In this document: piece after piece, positions 52,001-62,235 of the stretch | Layout of the letters: each line of letters starts with the position of its first letter | Position numbering within the stretch: position 1 is the stretch's first letter | Assembly (NCBI RefSeq): GCF_006345805.1 | Contig: NC_043005.1 | Span: forward strand, 28,830,001 to 28,894,000 | Origin: Octopus sinensis | Lineage: Eukaryota | DNA length: 64,000 nucleotides | Direction: 5' to 3' | The notes under the pieces: model-generated | What the model was told of the DNA's origin: nothing | Seen by the model: only the letters and a program-made list of their open reading frames with translations | The model's database searches: none | Translations under genes and position numbers: made by a program

Positions 52001-55000
52001 CACCTTCACACATCGACAACCAGTGTCATCACATTTACAATGACAACTTGATTGCAGACCCTGGCCTGGAATGTATCCAGGACCTTGAGGCAGAAATAAT
52101 GGACCGAGAGGTGTGGTGGATAGACTTTGTTGCTGTGGCCCAGGTTGGGACCTGGCCATAACAATAAGATCTTGAGTACCCTGGCCATAATAATAAATAA
52201 GATCTTGGGTACCCTAGTCATAACAATAAATAAGATCTTGGGTGCCCTGGCCATAACAATAAGATCTTTTGCAAATATTCATGCTAGGTTTCTGCTCTAA
52301 ATATAACTTTCTCCCTTCATTATATCAGTCCAAGAAATCTTAAAAAGAGTTCACAGCAGCTGTTCTTCCTCATCTGCATAAACTATTAAACTCTAAACAC
52401 TAAAGAGAAAGATACAGATGGAATCTCATATTACAGTTCATATCACAGTCAATTTAAATAGTGCGGTGTATAATAAATGATACACCCAACAATGTTGGCT
52501 ATGTTTATTACTAGACAGTCCCTAGCCATAAATATCTCTCTCTGAGGCATCTTCAATGTTATATTTTATTGGTAACATCACTGAATGTACAAGACTATGA
52601 GAGTTCCAGGATCTCTTGGGAGACATCTCCCCAGCAACATATATCTTTGCTTCTATCTTCAGTGCCATCTGGTGGTTGTCATAACAATGTAATTGATTCT
52701 CAGTCATCCTTTTATTGATGTCATTGTAAAGTGACATGAGACTTTATCATCACCCATTTGAAACAGAACAACAACAGACTCACTACTGTCACTTGAACCC
52801 TCTAACACATTACTTATTGGTTGACTAGATACAACAGAACTCCACCTGCCATTTCATCTCCTCAAAGCTTCTAAATTCCAATAACTGAATACCCAAGTTG
52901 ATATCATTGGCTTGAGTATTTGACTCTTATTTATTTTATCTACTCTGAAAAGAAGAAAAGCAAGCTTGACCTTTGTAATTTACATAAGCACAAGGTCACA
53001 CATTTTGATGGAGTAGAATATTTAATTCAATCATCCCCAACCCACAACTTGAATGTTATTTCATTACTCCTGGAAGGATGATATGCAGAGTTGAATGTAA
53101 AGGACAATACTAGTATAGAGTAGCCCTACAGTAATCACAGTAGGATGTACCACCGCTACAACAACCACAATTAGACTAAAGCACAAATTGTAATATGTGA
53201 AAGAAAGCAGAAAGAGAAAGCTGCCACTTACCCACCATTATCCACAAAGTCTTTGAAACATATTCTGGAAGATTCTTTTACAACTTGTGGGTAGACAAGT
53301 GTATAGAGGCAAAAACCTAATGTTAGAAAATTGGAATATATATATATATCTATATATATAAAACTGAGAATGTGTGTGTGTGTCTATCTGTCTGTCTGTA
53401 TGTATGTATGTGTGCAACTCAAGAACTAACCAAACAATTTCATTCATGTTTTACACATGCCTTACTTAGGGTCCATGTAGTGTCATGGTCCAAAAAACTT
53501 TCAACTTCTTGCCTAATGTGAGCCCAGAGCAATCTCTTATCTCTCACACTATTTCAGTATTTCATGTGAAAAGTGAAACAATAACATCTTTCAGTTTAAT
53601 AATTTTAATTTTAATATTGAAACTATTATCTTACATATATACATGCATATATAAACACACGCACATATATATATATATATATATGCATGTATCATCATCA
53701 TCATCATCATCGTCGTTTAACGTCCGTTCTCCATGCTAGCATGGGTTGGACGGTTCGACCGGGGTTCTGGGAAGCCAGAAGGCTGCACCAGGCTCCAGTC
53801 TAATTTGGCAATGTTTCTACAGCTGGATGCCCTTCCTAACGCCAACCACTCCGTGAGTGTAGTGGGTGCTTTTTACGTGCCACCTGCACAGGTGCCAGGC
53901 GGGGCTGGCAACGGCCACGGTCAGATTGGTGTATTTTATGTGCCACCGGCACGGAAGCCAGTCGAGGCGGTGCTGGCATCGGCCACGAGTCGGATAGGGC
54001 TTTTACGTACCACCAGACCAGGGATCCTGGCTGGTTCAATCGATTTCGATTTCGCTTGCCCCAACATGTCTTCACAAGCAAAGGGGGTTGGCAAGGGTGC
54101 CTGTCGTACGGTCGCATTGGAGTATTTTACGTGCCACGGCCCCGAGTCGGATAGTGCTTTTTACGTACCACCAGGCCAGGGATCCTGGCTGGTTCAATTC
54201 GGTTTCGATTTCGATTTCGATTTCGCTTGCCCCAACATGTCTTCGCAAGCATGGGGGGTTGGATGGGTGTCTGTCGTCGGATGAGGTTCTATATCGACTT
54301 CGCTTGCCTCAACCGGTCTTTGTGTCCAAGGGAGGAAAGGCATTCATAAGTGGGCTGGGCTCACTTGTCCTGCCTGGTCTTCTCACGTACAGAATATTTC
54401 CAAAGGTCTCGGTCTCTGGTCATTCCTCAGTGAGGCCTAAAGTTTGAAGGTCGTGCTTCACCACCTCGTCCCAGGTTTTCCTGGGTCTACCTCTTCCACG
54501 GGTTCCCTCAACTGCTAGGGATTGGCACTTTCTCACACACCTATCTTCATCCATTCTCGCCACATGACCATACCAGCGCAATCGTCTCTCTTGCACACCA
54601 CAACTGATGCTTCTTAGGTACAACATTTCTCTCAAGGTGCTAAACGCTCTGTCGAGTATGTACACTGACATTACACATCCATCGGAGCATACTGGCTTCA
54701 TTCCTCACGAGCTTACGCATGTCCTCAGCAGTCACAGCCCATGTTTCGCCATGTAGCATGGCTGTTCGTACACACGCATCATACAGTCTGCCTTTACTCT
54801 GAGCGAGAGGCCTTTAGTCACCAGCAGAGGTAAGAGCTCCCTAAACTTTGCCCAGGCTATTCTTATTCTAGCAGTTACACTTTCAGCGCACCCACCCCCA
54901 CTACTGACTTGGTCCTAGATAACGGAAGCTATCAACTACTTCTAGTTTTTCCCCCTGGAAAGTGACGGAAGTTGTTTTCTGCAGATTTTCGGAGGTTAAT

Positions 55001-58000
55001 GCTCCCGAGCATCTGCCACATACAAAAACTATCTTCCCAGTTAGCCTACCTTTGACATTGCTGCACCTCTTATGTGTCCATAGCTTACACTGGGTACATC
55101 TTATAGAGTTTCTACCTACACCTTTTCTACAGATCGAGCAGGGCCATCTTCCTGAAGATATTTGTGGATTGTCTACCTTTCTACTTATTAGTACTTTGGT
55201 TTTAGCTAGGTGACTCTAAAGCCCCTTGATTCTAAACCCTCCTTCCACACCTGGAACTTCTCCTCCAGTTTGATAGTGACTCAGCAATAAGAGCAAGGTG
55301 TCAGCGTAGAGGAGCTCCCAGGGACAGCTGTCTTGAATTCCTCCGTAATTGCCTGGAGTACTATGATAAATAGGAGGGGGCTGAGTACTGAACCCTGGTG
55401 GACCCCAACCTCTACTTTGAATTCTTCTGTGTACATGTTGCCAACCCTAACCTTACTTACGGCATCTCTGTACATGGCTTGCACAGTCCTCACCAGCCAT
55501 TCATCTATCCCTAGTTTCCTCATTGACCACCAGATAAGGGATCGGGGGACCCTATCAAAAGCTTTCTCCATGTCAACGAAAGCCAGGTACAGGGGCTTAT
55601 CTTTGGCTAGGTATTTCTCCTGCAGCTGCCTTACCAGGAATATAGCATCAGTGGTACTTTTTCCTGGCACGAACCCAAACTGCATCTCATCTAAACTAAC
55701 TCTCTCTCTAATTAGTTGGGCTATGACCCTCTCCGTAACCTTCATTACTTGATCCAACAGCTTGATACCTCTGTAATTTTGTATCTAGGGCATCACCTTT
55801 ACCTTTGTAGCAGTTGACTAGTATGCTGCTGCACCAGTCATTGGGTATGACTCCTTCGTGTATCACCTGGTTGACTATACGGGTGACTAGGTTATAGCCG
55901 ACACTGCCAGATATTTTGAGCATCTCTGCAGTAATTCCTGATGGGCCTGGGGCTTTCCCTGTCTTCATGCTTCTAATTGCCTTAGCTACCACGGAACTAT
56001 CAACTCGGATAGCTGGTCCCTCTGTAGGGTCAACATTCGGCAGACTCTCTTTATCCCATTCATTTTCCTCATTCAGTAACCTTTCATAGTGGCGTCTCCA
56101 AGCTTCTCTCTTTGCATCCTCATTTAGCGCAAGTGAACCATCCTCCATGCGAACACATTTCTCTCCTACCACATCACGATTCTCTCTCACACACTGTCTT
56201 GCAAACACGAAATACCTCAAGTCTTTCATCCTCACGGCGCAGGACATTGGCAAATTTTCTCTTATCTGCTTCCCCTCTGGCTAGATAAACCTGTCTCCTA
56301 GCTTCCCTTCTGGCAGTCTGATACCCTTCCCTGCTACCACCGTTCTTCCAGGCCTTCCAAGCCTGTTTCTTTGTCTAATAGCCCTGTCAACAATATTGTT
56401 CCACCACCACGTTATTTTGGGTCTTAAGGGGACTTTGCACCAGCCACAGATCTGGTCAGCGGCTTTCAGCAGGTTGTCCCTCAGAAACGTCCAGTTGTCT
56501 TCTACCCCATGTGTAGCTATACCCCCTTCCACTTCGTCAAGGCTTCAAGTAACATATCTCTAAATCTCTGTCCATTCGCAGGGGCTTAAGCTTCCAGACC
56601 CTTCTTCTCCATGTTGGTCGTCTTCTAGTCGCCCTCTTAGTCCTGATCCTAAAGTCACTAACTACCAGTCTATGTTGTGGGGTGCATTCTTCGCCTGGGA
56701 AGGTTTTGGCATTTTTAAGCAGCCATCTTTCCCTTTTTCTGGCAAGGATGTAGTCGATTTGGCTAGTATGGCCGGCCCGATCGGTAGGTGACCAGGTGGC
56801 TTGTTGGTTTCCTGAAGTTAGTGTTGCAGACCATAAGACTATTCGCATCGCAGAACTCCAGCAGCCTGGTTCCCTCCTCGTTGCGGGAACCGTAACCGTA
56901 GCCTCCATGTACGCCATGGAAGCCCCCAGCATGTCGTCCAACATGCCCAACATCTGCACATATATATGTATGTGTATATATATATATCCGTAATAATGAA
57001 GGGTGAAATTAATTAATTTGGAAAAATTATCAATTACACCAAGTAGTCTTCGGCATGTAAAAGCCTCATTCGAGGAAAATTTAAGTAATACTAAGCAATA
57101 AGGGTTTAGCAACGAGTTGCCTTGTGGTAAGGCAACTCGTTGCTAAACCCTTATTGCTTAGTATTACTTAAATTTTCCTCGAATGAGGCTTTTACATGCC
57201 GAAGACTACTTGGTGTAATTGATAATTTTTCCAAATTAATTAATTTCACCCTTCATTATTACGGATAACCATATTTTATCTCAGTAGATGACCACAGCAT
57301 CTTGTTTTGGCTACACGCGGGTGGGAAGGGGCTGTTGACACATCGTTTCATTCACAAATTGAATTCGGTGATACCAGTTGCGGATTCTAGCTCGCTTGAT
57401 ACTGAGTTGAGTTGGTGCCTTCTGGTATCTCAAAATTCAATATATAATCATTTATGATTATAGTATTCTACGCTGAAGAGAAAAGAAGTTTCGGTAAGAT
57501 AGAATTATTTAATATAATATTTAATTCTTATGCTTTCCTTAAAACTTGATTTCGAAACGTACGTCCGTGGATAACTAAAAAATGTATGATAGATTGCAGT
57601 CAATTCATCTCTCTTACCTGTTTGTGTCTGCCTTCAAATGCTGTGTTTTTACTGAGATCTCCCTTTTTAGTAGAAGAAATAGCTATAACCCTTTGAATGC
57701 TATTCTAAATTCGGTATGTGGTAAGGCAACTCGTTGCTAACCCTTATTGCTTAGTATTACTTAAATTTTCCTCGAATGAGGCTTTTACATGCCGAAGACT
57801 ACTTGGTGTAATTGATATTTTTCAATTAATTAATTTCACCCTTCATTATTACGGATAACCATATTTTATCTCAGTAGATGACCACAGCATCTTGTTTTGG
57901 CTACACGCGGTGGGAAGGGGCTGTGACACAATCGTTTCATTCACAAATTGAATTCGGTGATACCAGTTGCGGATTCTAGCTCGCTCTGATACTGAGTTGA

Positions 58001-59533
58001 GTTGGTGCCTTCTGGCATCTCAAAATTCAATATATAATCATTTATGATTATAGTATTCTACGCTGAAGAGAAAAGAAGTTTCGGTAAGATAGAATTATTT
58101 AATATTTAATATTTAATTCTTATGCTTTCCTTAAAACTTGATTTCGAAACGTACGTCCGTGGATAACTAAAAAAATGTATGATAGATTGCAGTCAATTCA
58201 TTCTCTCTTACCTGTTTGTGTCTGCCTTCCAAATGCTGGTTTTTACTGAGATCTCCCTTTTTAGTAGAAGAAGAAATAGCTATAACCCTTTGACTGCTAT
58301 TTCTAAATTCGGTGTGGTAAGGCAACTCGTTGCTAAACCTTATTGCTTAGTATTACTTAAATTTTCCTCGAATGAGGCTTTTACATGCCGAAGACTACTT
58401 GGTGTAATTGATAATTTTTCCAAATTAATTAATTTCACCTTCATTATTACGGATAACCATATTTTATCTCAGTAGATGACCACAGCATCTTGTTTTGGCT
58501 ACACGGGGTGGGAAGGGGCTGTTGACACAATCGTTTCATTCACAAATTGAATTCGGGATACCAGTTGCGGATTCTAGCTCGCTCTGATACTGTGTGAGTT
58601 GGTGCCTTCTGGTATCTCAAAATTCAATATATAATCATTTATGATTATAGTATTCTACGCTGAAGAGAAAAGAAGTTTCGTAAGATAGAATTATTTAATA
58701 TTAATATTTAATTCTTATGCTTTCCTTAAAACTTGATTTCGAAACGTACGTCCGTGGATAACTAAAAAATGTATGATAGATTGCAGTCAATTCATTCTCT
58801 CTTACCTGTTTGTGTCTGCCTTCCAATGCTGTTTTTACTGAGATCTCCCTTTTTAGTAGAAGAAATAGCTATAACCCTTTGACTGCTATTTCTAAATTCG
58901 GTATGTGGTAAGCAACTCGTTGCTAAACCCTTATTGCTTAGTATTACTTAAATTTTCTCGAATGAGGCTTTTACATGCCGAAGACTACTTGGTGTAATTG
59001 ATAATTTTTCCAAATTAATTAATTTCACCCTTCATTATTACGGATAACCATATTTTATCTCAGTAGATGACCACAGCATCTTGTTTTGGCTACCGCGGGT
59101 GGGAAGGGGCTGTTGACACAATCGTTTCATTCACAAATTGAATTCGGTGATACCAGTTGCGGATTCTAGCTCGCTCTGATACTGATTTGAGTTGGTGCCT
59201 TCTGGTATCTCAAAATTCAATATATAATCATTTATGATTATAGTATTCTACGCTGAAGAGAAAAAGTTTCGGTAAGATAGAATTATTTAATATTTAATAT
59301 TTAATTCTTATGCTTTCCTTAAAACTTGTTTCGAAACGTACGTCCGTGGATAACTAAAAAAATGTATGATAGATTGCAGTCAATTCATTCTCTCTTACCT
59401 GTTTGTGTCTGCCTTCCAAATGCTGTTTTTACTGAGATCTCCTTTTTAGTAGAAGAAATAGCTATACCCTTTGACCTGCTATTTCTAAATTCGGTATGTG
59501 GTAAGGCAACTCGTTGCTAAACCCTTATTGCTT

Positions 59534-59575
<42 letters not shown>

Positions 59576-59643
59576 TGTATGTGTATAGATGTATATGTAT
59601 ATAATATAAATAATATATATAAACGATGATGATGATGATGATA

Positions 59644-59690
<47 letters not shown>

Positions 59691-60512
59691 TATATACAGA
59701 TGTATATGTACATGCTTACATCTATACATATATATATATATATGCATGTGTGTGTGTGTGTTTGTGGGCACAGAACGTTACAGAGCATGTACAACAAAAG
59801 AGTACGAAGCGAAGCACGAGTACATGGAACATGAACTATTCTTTCAAACAATGATGACACAAATGGAAAACAAAACAAACAACAAAGAATTACCTGTCAT
59901 CAGTTATTAGCTGTTTTTCTAGTCTCGTATTTCAAGCAAAGTATGTTTAATACTTTCACTATTAATATTGAAACTATTATCTTACATATATACATGCATA
60001 TATAAACACACGCACATATATATATATATATATATATATGCATGTATATATGTGTATATACATCTGCACATATATATGTCTCATGTTTGATCTTTGACTT
60101 CTGGCCGAAATCAGATCGCCATGTTGATTCGCTAGCTTCTGCACGCATATTTTTTTCTCTCCTTCTTTCTGTGATTTTTTTCTCTGTGTATCTTTCTGTT
60201 AAAGAGCGTAGGCTCGAAACGTTAAAGACTTGTTTTATTTATATTTCCTGAGTGCCATACTAATACAATTGTTTGTTTGTATTCCACCTGCCTTTGTCTT
60301 TTGTTTATTTCCGTAAACCTGCCTTCGTCTTTTGTCTATTTTCATAAAGCTTCCCATTATATATATATATATGTAAAAATATATGTATGCATGTGTTCTG
60401 CTTTTTATATTTAACCCTACAGCCTCTTATGTGGTGGTTTAATAAAGTATGTGATTGAGTATTATCTGGTAATGGATATTTGATTTAGATGTATTTCTCC
60501 ATTTCCTTATCT

Positions 60513-60554
<42 letters not shown>

Positions 60555-62235
60555 GGTACAGGAGGTGGTCAAACTCTGCATAAGGAGTAGACAACCACCA
60601 TGTATACATGTGTATATATATATGTGTGTATGTATATATGTATATATGTGTATGTGTGTGTATGTGTGTGGTGTGTGTGTCTCTCTCTGTCTGTCTGTGT
60701 TTGTACCTCCACCATTGCTTGACAACTGATATTGCTGTGTTTACGTCCCCATAACTTAGCCATTTGACAAAACACTCTCATAGAATAAGTACTTGGCTTA
60801 TAAAGAATAAATCAGGTAGCTGATTTCTTCAACTAAAGCATGTCCACAGTCACATGACCGAAACAAGTAAAACTATGAAAAAACTATACCATTTTAATCC
60901 CAAGTAACATTGAGTATCTCTGCTAGTATATATATGTATGCATACATACACATACACACCACACGCACACACTTCCCCTTCCCCACACACATACACAAAC
61001 ATTAGACACATGCTCACACACACATAATGTTCATCTCTCCTTATCCACCCCATACATCTCGCACTCTTCCCATGCATTATGTCTGTCTCCCATCACTCCA
61101 TCACACTCCTGCAACCTACCTGCCCATACATCATCTCTCTCTCTCTCTCATCTTTGTGTGTGTGTGTGTGTATAGCAGCAGCCCCATCCCAGATATGAAA
61201 CCATTCCTTCATTACAGGTCACACGTTATGTCTTGTAGTTGTTCAAGACAGAGTATTTTCTGGCTTTGAGCTGTAGTTTTTACTGTGTTACTGAAGTGTG
61301 TTCCCTATAAGACACCGTTAATGACAGTGAGGTCCAGCAAGTGAAGCAATCAAGAGGGTTTTAGTTGTGTGCTGGTCATGTTTAAGAGTTTAAGGGTGCA
61401 TGTGTAACAATGTTTTCTGGATGTGTGCAGTGATTGTAATATTTGTCTGTTGCTGAAGGTGACAGGTGTTGAGATTGGCACGACCATACTGGAGGAGATT
61501 TTCAATGTCTACTGCTCTGGTGGAATGAGAGGTATTAATGGGGTGGTTTGAGATGTATTGCTGGTGTGACGATTAGGATTTAGTGTGAGGTGCACTACAG
61601 TGGTCAAACACTGTTCTACAGGAATATTATGTATATCTGGGGCAGTAGCATAGCTAAGGATGATGGAATGGGCAGTTTGCCTGAGGCAGCACTTTTTATA
61701 GAAATGGCACATTGGGGTTTGCTGTATAAGCTGTACTGGTCCAGCAGGAGCAGGGGACAAACTCAGTGGCTGTCTCCTGGTGGCTCATACTCTAGCTACA
61801 ACACTGATCATTGATAGGGTTTGAATATTTAACAGAATGAGGAATTAATCTGGATCAGAACTTACCAAGTTTTTTCCAAGCCAACCCTGAATAGATTTCA
61901 TTTAAACACTTATTCACTTCAGTCCGTCGAATGGTCGTGTGGAAACGAAACTCATCTTTATGTCTGCTGATTACATCAGCAGTGATGGCTGTGGACAAAT
62001 TTGATAGTGAGAAAATTGTCTGATCAATTTCTTGATATAAAGGATTTGGTTTTGTGTCTGCAAAGAATATTTCATGAACATTTGGTTCCATTTTGAGAGC
62101 ATTCAGTAAAAGTATCCTGGCAGCTTCTTGAGCCCGGTCTCGACCTTTTTTATCATAAGGAGAGAGATTATAAAGTGTGACAACATTTAGCTTTTTACTG
62201 GTCAAACTACAAATTGAAGACCTTGACGAGTTCAT
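47593..62235 (-). CDS. Unidentified protein, 3 predicted coding exons, 321 aa, C-terminal basic stretch plus CaaX (CVLM)
   Basis: Exons 62235-61866 (ATG in AAAATGA context; donor GTAAGT), 51963-51643 (donor GTAAAC) and 47867-47593. All phase 1 junctions join in frame, total 966 nt. AATAAA at 47585-47580 (-). An acceptor at 62398 suggests a 5'UTR exon further right. Additional exons cannot be excluded; no family recognised. Confidence 0.7.
48969..49218. repeat. (CA)n/(TA)n/(TG)n compound microsatellite
   Basis: Visible tandem runs. Confidence 0.95.
49239..50077 (-). mobile_element. Internally deleted mariner element with both TIRs and TA target duplications
   Basis: TIRs TA|TGAGATATAGTCAAAAAGTATCCGACC and GGTTGGACACTTTTTGACTACACCTCA|TA; C-terminal transposase [24 protein letters not shown]...FQQWQKF (decayed YSPDLAP motif). 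Confidence 0.9.
52151..52268 (+). repeat. 4x 29-33-bp minisatellite
   Basis: Unit ccctggccataacaataa(ataa)gatcttgggt. Confidence 0.9.
53692..56950 (-). mobile_element. 5'-truncated RTE-clade LINE (APE C-terminus, RT, PHD insert, 3'UTR, (GAT)n tail), frameshifted
   Basis: [26 protein letters not shown] and SQIDYIL...PQHRLVV (endonuclease); [14 protein letters not shown]; [15 protein letters not shown]; [11 protein letters not shown]; [13 protein letters not shown]; FRYLG; [12 protein letters not shown]...[10 protein letters not shown]; (cat)n tail at 53692-53711 on the plus strand. Confidence 0.95.
56985..57267. repeat. Perfect inverted repeat, 139-bp arms with 5-nt loop, at the head of the tandem array
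   Basis: 56985-57123 is the exact reverse complement of 57129-57267; loop GTGGT 57124-57128. Confidence 0.95.
57461..57577 (+). ncRNA. Type I hammerhead ribozyme, unit 1
   Basis: Stem I UAGU-AU-UCUACG / CGUGGA-UA-ACUA; core CUGAAGA 57473-57479; stem II opens G-C (GAAA/UUUC, AAGUUU/AAACUU, 74 nt in total); GAAA 57554-57557; palindromic stem III ACGUACGU; predicted cleavage after GUC at C57565. Folded by eye. Confidence 0.85.
58051..58169 (+). ncRNA. Type I hammerhead ribozyme, unit 2
   Basis: Same motifs as unit 1; predicted cleavage after C58157. Confidence 0.85.
58648..58764 (+). ncRNA. Type I hammerhead ribozyme, unit 3
   Basis: Same motifs as unit 1; predicted cleavage after C58752. Confidence 0.85.
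59241..59356 (+). ncRNA. Type I hammerhead ribozyme, unit 4
   Basis: Same core; small deletions fall in the stem II internal loop and leave pairing intact; predicted cleavage after C59344. Confidence 0.82.
59533..59760. repeat. (TA)n / (GAT)n / (TG)n microsatellite cluster
   Basis: Visible tandem runs. Confidence 0.95.
60191..60228 (+). ncRNA. Degenerate minimal hammerhead-like motif in a different repeat
   Basis: TCTTT-CTGTTAA-A-GAGC(gtag)GCTC-GAAA-CGTT-AAAGA: stem I, stem II and GAAACGU intact, but the core deviates from CUGANGA at positions 6 and 8. Confidence 0.45.

Larger units (their letters stand above)
57124..59532 (+). mobile_element. Tandem array of four ~591-596-bp ORF-less units plus a 35-bp partial unit, each with a hammerhead ribozyme (retrozyme / Penelope-like pLTR array)
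   Basis: Unit starts gtggtaa(g)gcaactcgttgc at 57124, 57718, 58314, 58905 and 59498. Units differ almost only by 1-2-nt indels. The array is bounded by (TA)n tracts. Confidence 0.9.

Noticed and set aside
52151-52268. Short repeats as a CRISPR array
   Set aside because: The units are directly adjacent with no unique spacers; this is a minisatellite.
55281-57112. Listed ORFs as host genes
   Set aside because: They are frameshifted pieces of the RTE LINE ORF, or its antisense.
57175-57215. CTCGAATGA-GGC(ttttacat)GCC-GAAG hairpin in each array unit as a second hammerhead
   Set aside because: The core is not CUGANGA, A15.1 is missing, and no stem I/III pairing could be found. No minus-strand CTGANGA was seen in the unit either.
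57124-59532. Array as CRISPR or simple satellite
   Set aside because: Eukaryotic context, no spacers or cas genes; the units are whole ~594-bp repeats with ribozyme structure.
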